Shown here piece by piece: positions 12,700 to 25,100 of a DNA stretch of 64,000 nt. A program made the position numbers and the translations under genes. The DNA comes from Azolla caroliniana (Eukaryota > Plantae > Polypodiophyta): the NCBI GenBank assembly GCA_043228905.1, contig JBHGNT010000001.1, forward strand, positions 16,988,001 to 17,052,000. Direction: 5' to 3'. Position 1 is the first letter of the stretch. Every line of letters starts with the position of its first letter. The notes under the pieces were generated by a model. The model searched no databases. It was given only the letters and a program-made list of their open reading frames with translations, and was not told where the DNA came from.

Positions 12700-13190
12700 G
12701 TGCGAGATGTGCCGGTGATTGATAAGTGTGATAAGTGAGGGTGAAAGATGTAACGTGTTGATATGTATGTGTAATGTTATACAATTATGAGTGTGAGTGT
12801 GGTGGATACAAAGAGGTGTGAGTGAGTGACTAGGTGTGAGTGCCCATGGGGCTTGGACCCTTGTGTATCTACCCTTTTGTACCTATTTAACCCCTTATGG
12901 GGAATGAATGAATAGAATGATCATTTCTCTCTTAATCTCTCTCTCTCTCTCTCTCTCATCATCTCTCTCTCTTCCCTCTCCCTAACGTTGAACCCCCTTG
13001 GGAGGGGGGTGGAGCCATTCCAGGCACCACCCTCCACCCCTCAATGCTTGTCTTGCATCTTCATGATCTCTCACCATCATACCATTCATCATCTCCACCA
13101 TTACACGATGTCTATCTTCATCATCAATCATCATCATTATCATTATCATTAACCCTAACCCTAAAATCTACGACACTTTTTAGCGACCAC
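12700..13190 (+). repeat. Probable 5' LTR of another gypsy family plus PBS
   Basis: TATTTAA, (CT)n, (CAT)n and AACCCTAACCCTAAAA; ends ...ACGACA at 13175; PBS-like TAGCGACCAC at 13181-13190. Confidence 0.55.
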
Positions 13191-13269
13191 GGAGTAGCCC
13201 TTGTTAACTAGTTGTGTAGTGTTTGAAATCAGAGGATAAATTGGGGCACCATCTCCTGCTCCTCTTGGT

Positions 13270-13677
13270 GGGTTGTATAAAACTGACCGACTAGTTCGCG
13301 TTGTTCCACTTGCCTATGGAATAGTTAGAGGAATTTTGTTTTCAAGGCCTCAAATGTGGCTAAGCTTCCGGGTAGCTGCTTTGCGTGCTAGCAGGCCGCC
13401 GGTCTCTCTAATGTCATGCCGAATTCGGCAATTTTTGACCGTTCGGCTTTCTGCTCAGTTAGCCTTTGGGACACATGATTTGCTTCCCATGTTTGTAGGA
13501 ATGCATAGATGTGCACCTCTGCGTCAGGGTCATCACGGTACTTCGGATACGGGTACGGCATGGTGTAGTCTTCAGGAGGTTGTACTGGAGATGTGTGGTC
13601 TAGTTCTTGCATTGCGGGTGGTGTTGGTGCGCAGTTTTCCGCTTCCTCCGCGGGTGGTGCTGGTGCGCGGTTTTCCG
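13270..13677 (-). pseudogene. Gypsy gag fragment
   Basis: MPYPYPKYRDDPDAEVHIYAFLQTWEANHVSQRL (ORF 13388-13612). Confidence 0.88.
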
Positions 13678-14129
13678 TGTTAGCCGGCTGATAAGGATAG
13701 TCTAGAATGGAAGAAGGGGATAATTATTAACCGGGAGTTGAGTATATAGAATACAGAATTATTATGATTTTGAGAAGAGAACGGAATCAATATGTTGATC
13801 CGGATCCGGACCAGTTCGTAGCCGGTTGCTGATTGGCACCAGTTTGTACCTAGAACCGGAGACCTATAAAAGGGCTCGGTTAGATTGTAATCATTAGCGG
13901 ATAATTAATAAGAGTATTTTTGTTCTGTATCTTATACAAGTTAATTACCGTTCTGTGCTAAGTGAAATCTATCTTACGCATGTATTGTGATCAATGATCT
14001 TGCTGATTAGTAACCAACTAGGGCTTCATTAATAGTTCGGTCTAAGTTTATCTCACTGCAACATCCCTTTGGTGAAGTGTCTCAAAGGGACACCCTGTGT
14101 TTGGCCATTGTCCGGCCCTAGCGATAACA
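13678..14129 (+). repeat. Gypsy LTR (same family as 14433-14884) in opposite orientation, no TSD
   Basis: TGTTAGCCGG...GATAACA; reverse complement of 14433-14884; TATAAAA near 13865. Confidence 0.9.
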
Positions 14130-14432
14130 ATCTACATGCATCAACCAGAAGGATTTGAGAGGAAAGGGAAGGAGCACTTGGTGTGCCAGCTGAAGAAGAG
14201 CCTATATGGACTGAAGCAAGCTCCCTGGCAATGGTACCGGAAGTTCGACTCCTCCATGACCGACCAAGGGTACCATAAACCGCAAGCCAATCACTATGTG
14301 TTTGTGAAGAAATTTCACGAAGGAGATTTCCTAATACTCCTCCTATATCTGGATGATATGTTGATCATCGGACGAGACCAAGGCAAGATTCGGATGCTAA
14401 AGAAGGCTCTAAACGGGACCTTCTCAATGAAA
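14130..14432 (+). pseudogene. Copia-C family RT fragment
   Basis: IYMHQPEGFERKGKEHLVC...LLLYLDDMLI; closely similar to 41915-42215. Confidence 0.9.
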
Positions 14433-14886
14433 AGGGCCGGACAATGGCCTAACACAGGGTGTCCCTTTGAGACACTTCACCAAAGAGGTGTTGCGGTGAG
14501 ATAAACTTAGACCGAATTATTAATGAAGCCCTAGTTGGTTACTAATCGGCAAGATCATTGGTCACAATACACGCGTAAGATAGATTTCACTTAGCATAGA
14601 ACGGTAATTAACTTGATTAAGATACAGAACAACAACACTCTTATTAATTATCCGCTAATGATTACAATCTAACCAGGCCCTTCTATAGGTCTCCGGCTCT
14701 AGGTACAAACCAGTGCCAACCGGCAAATGGCTACAAACCGGTCCGGATTCGAATCGGCATACCGATTCTGGGTCCGTCCGTTCACTTCTCAAAATCATAA
14801 TAATTCTATATTATATATACTCAGATCCTGGTTATTAATTATCCCCTTCTTCTATTCTGGACTTTCCTTGTCAGCCGGCTAACACA

Positions 14887-14927
14887 TGGCACGCCCATGG
14901 GACAGTACCTTCTACGTCAAATCCCAC
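14887..14927 (-). other. Structured 3' element / tRNA-Arg 3'-end mimic at the PPT position
   Basis: Plus strand TGGCACGCCCATGGGAC 2 nt from the LTR end; no purine tract. Confidence 0.75.
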
Positions 14928-14937
14928 AATCCGACTT

Positions 14938-17900
14938 TCATTCGTCCTCCAAAATGTCTAGAATGCTTTGATCTAAGGGTTCCAATGGTTCCTCGGGAAG
15001 TTGTTCTATCATCTACTGTTGTTGTTGCCCCGGTTTCTGCTGTTCCTTCGGTTGTGGTTGCTCTTGTTGCTGCTCTGGCTCCAACTGTGGCTGCTTCTGG
15101 TTGTCATCTGTTTCCTGTGGCTCTCTCGGTCTGAACAGCTCTTTCTCTGTTTCCAGTTCGATTGGTCCTACCGGCTCTTCCTCCTTTTCTGGCTCTACTA
15201 GTCTTGGTGTCTCGTGGTTCTGTTGTCCGATGTGCACCGGTTCCTACGGATGACCTTCCTTTAGCGGCGCCTCCTGAGTACTATCCGGGTAGCTTCCCTC
15301 GGCTTTAACCGGCGTTTGTTCTGAAGATGGCTCCTCGTCACTAATGTTAATCGCTGTAGTTTTCTTGGCCACTTTTTTCCATCGCCATTCCAGTTCATAC
15401 CTTTCGAAACGGAGTTTGTTGTCCAGTTGGTCATCATCCAGTTGTGTTGCCACCAACTGGCGTACCGCCACCCTTTGCTCATCAGCCAAGGATATGAAAT
15501 CATCCAACAATTCTTCCTTTATCGCTTTGATGCTTTCCTTATCCAGGATGTAAACTTCGTCACCCTCTTTCCGCTGGTTTTCCGCATCTGCCCGCAACAA
15601 CTGTAGCTCCGTTGCCTACTTAACCCACTTAGACCACCAATGTACTGAGCTTTTTTCCACCAATTGTTTCGTTCAATTCCTCCATGCCAGTACGATGTCC
15701 CGGATCCACCCCAGCCCCATCTTCGACTTGTTCTCCGCGGCCTGTTTTTCGTCCTTCAATTGTTTGATCAGCCTCGCGGTTGCCACTTCTTGGCTTCTGT
15801 AGTGCATGAGTTGGGTCTGATAGGTCGTCTGAACTCTATTCAGAGTCATTGTAGCATGCTCCTTTTCCGCATGGTGCTTCACTTGCAGGTCCAGTCGCTC
15901 TTTCGCTACTTCCGCCAGTTGTTTAGCTACTTCGGCTCCCTTCGACTGCTCGTCCATCAATGCCACTGTCATCCGGTTAATTTCCTCCCGGAGTTCCCTA
16001 CACTTTTCCTGCTACCAGTCACTTTCAGTAATCAATTTCTTATGATCAACATCCAAATGCTTATAATCCCGGTGAAGTCAGTCAAAGTCGTCAGTTTTCT
16101 GTTTTAGCTTTTAATTGATAAGCCGGCGAGCACGGTCCTCACGGTCTTTTTGTTGCCGGAACTCTTCTTTGAGGCGCTCAATCTCCACTTCCGCCATCCG
16201 CCGAAGTTTCTCTTTTTCTTCCTTCAGCCGGTCATATGCTTGATGGCCTTTTCTCAAGCTTTCCTCTACTCGGCAGAGGCTGTCGGCCGTCTTCCTTTGT
16301 TCCTCCTCCGCCGCTTTTTTCAATTCTCGCTCCCTGGCTTGTAAGGCTTCTTGTGCTGCCAGGTCTTCCCGTAATGTGGCGAGCTCTTGTGCTGACATTT
16401 TGTTAGTATCCGGGCTTATTGCAATCACCGGGGTTTTATTGTTCTGTAAAGTTACCGGAGCCACTGGTTCCGATTGTTGTGGTCCTTCTTTGAACAACTT
16501 GGCCATTTCTGTTCTGGCCTTCTCTATGTCTTCCTCCATGCTCCGGATTCTTGACTGGGCCTTCTCTAATTCCTCGGTTGTGGCTAGTAACCGGTCTTCA
16601 TGCACTTTCTCCTCCGCTTCTAACTGGCAGACGACCCCGGCCACTTGTTCTGATATCCACCGTAGCCGTTGACTGTCGGTGCCTTGTTGTCGTGCCGGTT
16701 TTGGTCGTGGGATGGCTTCTTCACTGGCCATGAGCCTATTATGGGCGATTACGTCAAGCGGTCGTTCTGGTTTTGGTTGTTGATGTTGCGGTGGCGACAC
16801 CGGCGATTCAATGACTGGTTCCTAAGCCACCGGTATTGCCGTGTCCTGGACCATTGATTCCGGGATGTCCTGCTGCACCAATTGCCACAATGTCTTGCCG
16901 CGATCCATGTTGAGCTAGTTCTACCGCCTTCCTAGGCTGCGGCTCCTCAGGTAGGGGTTCCAGTATAATGTCCTCCCTTGGCCTTGATGTCCCTCCTTCG
17001 TGGCCCTTTTCACTTGTATGGCGAAGACGTATCAGCATCTCGGTAGGCTCGTCTTCCTGTTGTTCTTCCTCCAGGGTCGTGTTATTGATTAACGCCCCCA
17101 AGGGGTCCTGCCCTTGCGTTTTCTTCGGTTGTTGTTCTGCTTGTTGTTCCGTCAGGCGCAGCTTGATTTTCAAAGGTCTCCCCGAGGTGTCCACTGATAA
17201 CTCCTTCTCTACTGGCCGCTTCCGGTTAGATCGTTCCTTCGCCTGGGTAGCCAGGAGTTGCCGCCGTTTTGAAGCTATTTTGGGGCTGGATTCTGTCGGT
17301 CTTCCCCTCTTCCTTTGTTTCATGGGCTCAACCAGTGGTGCTAATAAAGTGAGCCATTGAGCCACTATTGTCCACATCTTTTTGCCATCTTTTATTGAGA
17401 CGATGGCAACGCTCAGGCCATCGGCATTCATTACCGGCCAATCCACCTGTACTCCCTCGTAGGTGGCTATGATCAAACTAGCTCTATTCCTGGGCATAGC
17501 CGGTGGTCAGGGGTATACATGACCATACTCGTGGAGTACCCGAGAAATTTCCCGAAACAATAGGTCTTCACCGCCTTGCGTGCAGTACGCCTTGTTTCCT
17601 AGGGAGTATTCTCCGAAATACCTCGTTAGCAGCTCCTATGAAGGGTTGCCGATCGAGTATATTCCCCCTTTCGGTAAGTTGGTCAGGGCTCGGATGGCTT
17701 CTTCAGTGATGACCTCCGTGTCGATGTCTTTCCGCATCTCTGTGCAGCGGTGCTTTTACTATCCTCAAGAATCCCTCTAGAATGTGTTGCTTCAATTATT
17801 TCTTGAGCCGCTTCTGAGAGTACCATGCATTCCATGTCGTCATCGGAGTCGGTAGGTTGTGGTAAGATTGGTGTGCCTATGTGTTTTGCATGCTCTCTCC

Positions 17901-18018
17901 TGATCACTTGTAATCTCCTGTGTGCGCTGAGATCTCTGTGTTCGCAAAATGAAAGGGACTCTACGCGACGAAGGTTTTCTTTCTCCATGTGTAGTGCCTT
18001 TTCTTGATTCCCGTGCAT
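14938..18018 (-). pseudogene. 3' extra ORF (conserved N-terminal domain, coiled coil, Q/E-rich tail)
   Basis: ORFs 17683-18018, 16808-17497, 16111-16800, 15673-15972, 15244-15600, 15013-15237; LIIATYEGVQVDW motif shared with 50241-50753. Confidence 0.75.
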
Positions 18019-18179
18019 GCACGTCCTGTACTAATATAACAGTTGGTTGACATGTGGTGCGTTTTTTAAAGGGCTTTAATTAGCCACCCACCACACCTTT
18101 TCAAAGTGCCCGTTCGCTCCTCGCCTTTGCATGATGAGTTGTTTAGGGTTTGTCGGCCCCTTGTTTGTCATTATCCGGT

Positions 18180-21100
18180 AACGCCGGCTCCGCTTGATTG
18201 TCAGATACTTGTTTCTTGCTTCCTACCGTTGCATCAGCCTCCGTCTGCTCGAATGGATTCTGTGGCATAGGTCCACAATATGGTTTGAGTTGAAACCCAT
18301 TGACCCATTTGCCCATTATCTCACCGGCGAGCGTTCCGAGCTGGTATGAACCATTGAATTCCCGCGTTATCCAATACGGTCTGGTCCACTAGAACCATAG
18401 CTTTCTCGGCATCTGACCCATCTGGGTCTGGTACACATGTACCGGCTTGCTGATCCCGAACATCTTCTCATTGCACTTTCGGTGCCGATCAACAAGCACC
18501 TTCCTTCGTCGTTGCTCCAGCTCCAACTGCATGAGACTCGTTATCCGATGCTCCTCGAGTTTGCATAATGCGGCTAACCGGATTTTTTCCGATTCCTTTT
18601 CACTTAGTCATTCTCTAACTTGTATCCGCAAACTTGGAACTTGAAATTCGATCGGCATTACTGCTTCCAGCCCAAATGCTAACCGGAATGGCGTTGACCG
18701 GATACTCGTTTTGTATGCCATCCGGTATGCCCATAATGCACTATGCAGCTTGGTGTCCCAATCGGTCCGGTTTTCATTGACGATCTTTCGCAGGATGTTT
18801 TGGAGTGTTTTGTTTGTGGATTCGGCTAGTCCATTGGCCTGTGGATAATAAGGGGTATTGCGCTTGTGCACCACTACATAGAATGTTGTTAAGCTCTCCA
18901 CTACTTGACCGAGAAAATGTCCGCCTTGGTCGCTAATTAACTCGATCGGGCATCCATACCAGCACCAGATGTACTCATATAAGAACTTTGTCGTTGATGC
19001 CGCAGTGTTGTCCCCCAAAGCCTTGGCTTCTACCCACTTGGTGGAATAATCGGTGGCGACTATAACATATTTGTTGCTAGTTCTCATTGCAGGAGGTTTA
19101 AACTGCCCAACGAAGTCCAGCCCCCATTTTTGAAATGGCTCTAAGGGTAGTACCGGCTGGTGAGGCATCCTTGCCTGTTCTGTTGGTTGGCCCATCCATC
19201 GACATAAATCACAGTCTTTCGCGTACCAAACCGAGTCCTTCAGTGTCGTCGGCCACCATAGCCCGTTGTGCCATATCTTTCTTGCCATACGGTCCCCGGC
19301 ATAGTGCCCTCCGGCAATGCCACAGTGCACTTCTCGTAATATTGTGTTCTTTTCGTCACTTCGCACTGCTCGCCACCATATGCCATCTGCGCCTTTGTGG
19401 TACAGGGTGTCCTGTAGTAGACAAAAATGTTGGCTTTGTACCGCTAACCGCTTCCGCTCATCCCAGTTCATCTCCTCCAGTGGGAGTCCCGTGCTTAGGA
19501 ATTGATGCATGTTGGTTAGCCACTTGTCTTTGTCGACTACTGTGGTATCGGCTGTCATTTCTACTGTTACTTTAAACAACTAGGCATCCGGAAACTCATC
19601 CGGGACTCCATCACCTGTCTCGTTGGAGTCTAACCGGCTCAGTTAATCAGCAACCACATGCTGTATTCCCGGCCGGTGATATATTTTGAACTCAAACTCT
19701 TGTAGCAACAATGTCCATCAGGCCAGCTTGCCGGTGAGCGATGCTTTTGAGACCAAATATAATAGCGCTGAGTGGTCGACATGAAATGAAATTTTCCTTC
19801 CCAATAAATAGTGCCTAAACTTGGTAACACTGTAAATCATCCCTAAGGCTTCTCTTTCCGTTGTTGAATAATTTCGTTCCGCCTGGGATAGCTTCCGGCT
19901 AGCATAATAAACTAGTCGATACCATTTTGGTTCAGTCAATTCTATTAGTGTGTTGTCGATTGCTATGTCAGACGCATCAACGAACACGTGGAATTCTTTT
20001 GACCAGTCCAGTGGTTGCATCACCGGTGCTTGTGATAGCAGTACTTTCAATGCCCGGTAACCCTTATCCTCCGTATTTGTCCATCGAAACGATGTCCAAT
20101 GAACTGCAGCATGCAACGGTGTAGCAAGATCGGCCAAGTACTGGAGCATCCGGCTATGCCACCCAATTTGCCCTAGAAACCGACTCAAAGCTTTGGCCGT
20201 GGATGGTGTCGGTGCTTCTAAGATTGCTTTGAACTTATCGGGGTCTACCGCGATCCCGTCCTTGCTGACAAGATGGCCCAGTAATGCACCGCTTGTTACT
20301 CCAAACACACACTTTGCTGGATTCAGGCTTAACCGATAACTCTTGCATTTCTCAAGACATAGCCGGAGGTGTTGGAGATGTTCTCCTTCTCGGCTAAACA
20401 CGGTGAAGTCATCCAGGAATACCTACATGAATGCCAGAATGAACTCGCCAAATATTTCCATGATTATTTGTTGGAAGGTCGTCGGCGCGGTCTTGATCCC
20501 GAACATCATTACCACTACAACGAAAACTCCCCATTCGGTGACGAACGTCATCTTGTCTTGGTCGTCGGGGTGCATCCTTATTTGATTGTAGCCGCTGAAA
20601 CCGTCTAGGAACCTATACACTTCATGACCGGCTACCGCGTCCAGCACTCCATCCGTAAATGGAAGTGGAAAGGCGTCGGTCACTATTGCCGCATTGAGTT
20701 TCCGGTAATCGACGCACACCCGGATCTTACCGTTCCTTTTTGGCACAATGACTATGGGACTTAACCATGTAGCTTTTTTCACTGGTCGAATAAAACCGAC
20801 CCGTAGCAACTTGTCAATTTCCTCTTTGACCTTTGCCACATAGTTAGGGTTCATCCGATAACGATGTTGTGCTACTGGTTTGGCATCCTTACTGAGGTGT
20901 ATCTAGTGTTGGTACAACTGAGGATCTAGCCCCCGCATGTCTTCATAGGACCAGGCGAATACGTCCCGCAATTCCTTTAATAAAGTGATCATCGTTGTCT
21001 TGTTGTCTTGTGACATTTCCTTAGCAATATGAATCGTTCTTGCGTCGTCCCCGGTTCCTAAGTTCACTTCCTCTAACTAGGATCCTTTCACTCGTTGGGA

Positions 21101-21900
21101 TACCACCATCTCCCTCTCCAGGGCTTCCTATGCTTGTCGTAATTCTTTGATAGCTTCCCTATCCGGTTCCTCACCGGCATCATCCGATTGCGTTATATAT
21201 GGTGACACCACTTCTACCACATCGATTTCAAATAGGGGTACAATTTTTGGGTTTTCTTCTAAGTATTGGTCGACCTCCTCGTCAGCAAGCCCCTCAACCA
21301 TGTTTACACCTTCCGCATATAGCGGTGTCAACTCCTTTCCGGTACTCGATCGAGGGTGGTGGGCACCCTTACTTTAGCCTTTCCTCGCCGGAAGGTAATT
21401 ATGTTTTTCCGCCAGTTTTGCTTGATATGCACCGTTTTTAGCCATGGACGGCCCAACAACAGTGGGTAAGCCCCTTGCGCATTGAGTTGGAGAACCACCG
21501 CTGAGATGCGGAATGTGTGTCCTCCGATAGTTACGTCTAAATCCCGTATTAAACCGGTAGGTCTTACTGAACTTGTATTCGCCATCCGGAGCCAAAACGG
21601 GCAAGGCTCCCATTCTTGGATTCCAAGGGTATTACAAGTCCGTAGACTAATCACGTTCACGCCCGATCCTCCGTCCACAATCATCCCTGGCAGTTCTCGT
21701 CCTTTGACGATGGCGGTGATTGTATAACTGTTCGTGTCAACCACAACTGGCCCTTCTTCTGGATTTGAGAAGAATGCAGGAGCTGGCAACGGAATTGATA
21801 TGGTCATTCTTGATTTCAGCCCTTCCGTAAACCGGGGCACTAGCTGTAATAACCGACCCAATGGCAGCGTAATTTCACCTTCTTGTAACACTTGCCATGT
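18180..21900 (-). pseudogene. Gypsy pol: protease, RT, RNaseH, integrase
   Basis: IVDGGSGVNVI; LDGFSGYNQI; FLDD; VFVDASD; HCGIAGGH, WGLDFVG, SDQGGHF, PQANGLAE; several stops. Confidence 0.95.
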
Positions 21901-22103
21901 TGGGTTTTCTGGCTGAATCGTGTTGGTGGCCTCTTCCAGTTTCTCCTTTTAATGTTCAAGCTCAACCACATTCCGCTCATTTTCCTTCTTCACCCACTCG
22001 ATGGCTTGCTTTCAGATTGCCTCCTATGTTTCCCACTCCGTTGTTTTGCCTTTTGCCCTGGTGGTAACTTGTTGTATGTCGGCGACTTCTACTACCACCA
22101 TAT

Positions 22104-25100
22104 TGACAGGAACTACACGCTCCGATGAACACCGCTCGGCCACAACCGAGCTTAGAATCAAAACACAGAAAAACAGGGAATGAATGCACGACACAATGGA
22201 GAGAAGAGAACACAGGATGTTAACGTGGAAAACCCAAACTAGGGAAAAAACCACGGCAGCCCACAGACTGCAAACTATCACTATGTCAGAATGTACAAAT
22301 GGTAAAGCACCGAAGCAACGACCTCGAGCTTTCTATCTTCACCACAGGCGGCGGTTACTACAGAGGCAACGACATCTTCCTCTCTCTCACTCTCTCTGTA
22401 CACAGTTGGGCGCTCTAATCTTGCGCCACCAAGAAAGACAACAACATCACAATGAAAGAGTTTGCCCTAAGTCATATTTACACTAATATGATTTTTCGGC
22501 TATTTACAAATATAGCCCCGATGGACTCTCAGAAAACATATTTACGAATATGTCCCTTCATCTAGTGAGCACTCCTCACCGGGCCTGCATCATTCGGCTC
22601 TTGCCGGGCACTTGTCATCCGGTTCTCACCGGGTCTTCCGTAATCGGGTACTCTTCATCCGGTTCTCACCGGGTCTTCACCATCTGGCTCTTGCCGGGTA
22701 CTGCTGATCAGGTTCTCACCGGGTCTTTACCGTCCGGCTCTTGCCGGGTACTTCTCATCCGGTTCTCACCGGGTCTTCCGTTGCCGGGTACTTCTCATCC
22801 GGTTCTCCTTCCGTTGCCGGGTACTACTCATCCGGTTCTCACCGGGTCTTCCGTTGCGGGGTACTTCTCACTTCCCATCCGGAGGGACCTGTTTCCTAAC
22901 AAACTCCCCTTTCACTCCGGCATGGGATGTCTTACTAGTCTGATCCGCTTCCAGCATGCATCCAGCTTGTCGGGTATCAGTACTTTGGTCAGCATATCTG
23001 ACCCGTTCTCGGCCGTGTGGATCTTCGTCAGCGCGAACTCCTGGTCATCTACTCTTTCCCGGATCCAACGATACCTTTGCTAGATATGCTTCGTCCGGGA
23101 TTGGTAGGCCGCATTCTTAGCAAGGTGGATGGCACTTTGACTGTCGCAATAGAGTCGGTATTCATCTTGTCGGATACCGAGCTCTCCGATGAAGTCCTTC
23201 ATCCATAATATTTCCTTGCCGGCTTCCACAACCGCCATGTACTCCGCCTCCGTGGTTGACAGTGCAACCGTCTTCTGCAGCCTCGACTGCCACGAAACAG
23301 CTCCCCCTGCATATGTCATTACATACCCGGATGTAGACCGGCTGGTATCCACATAAGCCAACATGCCCGAATCGATAAAACCGTCAAGTTGAGGTTTTCC
23401 GGAGCTGAATCGGAGACCCATATTTAAAGTGCCCTTCAAATACCAGAGTATCCATTTGACCGCATTCCAGTGCTCCTTGCCAGGATTGCTCATAAACCGG
23501 CTCACCACTCCGACTGCGTATCCTATATCCGGTCGGGTACACACCATTGCGTACATTAAGCTCCCGACGGCAGAGGCATATGGAACCTTCATCATATCCA
23601 CCTTCTCTGCTTTCGTCTTCGGGCTTTTCTTACCGGATAACCTGCAGTTTGTCGGAAGTGTCGATCCGACCGGTTTCGCATCTGACATGTTGAACCGCTG
23701 AAGCACCTTTGTCACGTATTTCTCCTGTGACAGCCACAGTTGCTTCGTTGGCCGGTTCCGGACAATATGCATCCCCAGCATCTATCTTGCCGGACCCAAG
23801 TCTTTCATCGCGAAGGTTCGGTTGAGAGCCTTCTTTAGCATCCGTATTTTGGCTTGGTCCCGTCCGACGATCAACATGTCGTCCACGTACAGAAGGAGTA
23901 TCAGGAAGTCGCCTCCTTCGAACTTCTTCACAAACACGCAGTGATCGGCCTGCGTCTTGTGGTACCCTTGATTGGTCATGAAGGAGTCGAACTTCCGGTA
24001 CCATTGTCGGGGAGCCTGCTTCAGTCCCTACAGGCTCTTCTTCAACCGGCATACCAGGTGCTCCTTCCCCTTCTCCATGAATCCTTCCGGTTGCTGCATG
24101 TAGATCTCCTCTTCGAGGTCACCGTGGGGGCCCTTCTCTCTCTTAGAGGATATCTCCGTCTTTGGGCTTCGGTAACCGGCTCCTCCATTTGCTCTTCATC
24201 CGAATCCGATTCGGGGTCTTGGCCGGTTCCGGTTTCAGCTTCCTCTACTTCTTCTTCTGCCGGTTCGGTATCCTCACCGTAACCGGCTGGTTCCTCGAGT
24301 GCTAACCGGCCTCTTACCGGTTGGGTCTGCTCATCGTAGAATTGATCCCTACCGGTCGACTCGGAGTTCATTATCTTCTTCTCCGACTCCCAGTCGGCGA
24401 GCCTCTTGTCCTCCATGAAGATAATATCTCAACTCCAGAATACCTTCTTGTCGACCAGGTCCCACACTCGATGGCCGAACTCATCATCGCCGTAACTGAG
24501 GAATATGCATGGCCGGGTCTTTGGATCTAACTTTCCTCTCCAGTCCTTAGCTACATGCACGTACGCGAGACACCCGAATACCTTCAAATGCCGGTAGGAC
24601 ACTTCCTTACCGGTCCAGACTCTCTGTGGCGTGTCTCCGTCCAAGGGTACTGAGGGTGATCTGTTTATTGTATATGTCACCATCGACAGTGCCTCAGCCC
24701 AAAACTTCTTGGGTAGTTTTGCATGAGCCAACATACTCAGGACCCTCTCCACTATGGTCCAGTTCATCCTCTCGGCCAGCCTGTTTAGTTCCGGAGTCTT
24801 CGGCACGGTAAATTCGAGCCGGATTCCCTTCGAGCGACAGTACTCCTTGAACTGCCCCCGGTATTCACCTCCGTTATCTGCTCGAACCGCCTTCAGCTTC
24901 TGGTCTGTTTCTCTTTCCACTCTCACGTGGAGCTCTTTGAAGACGGATAGCACCCGATCCTTCGTCTTCAATGGTGTGGCCCACAACTTCCAGTTGTGGT
25001 CATCTATGAACGTCACGAAGTACTGCGATCGTGCATGTGACTTCGTGTCCACTTGACATACATCAGTATGCACCGCCTCCAGTGGTGCATTACGTCTCAT

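Noticed and set aside
14887-14930. tRNA gene or SINE
   Set aside because: Only a T-arm-like piece and the acceptor 3' strand are present; no D arm, anticodon arm or A-box.
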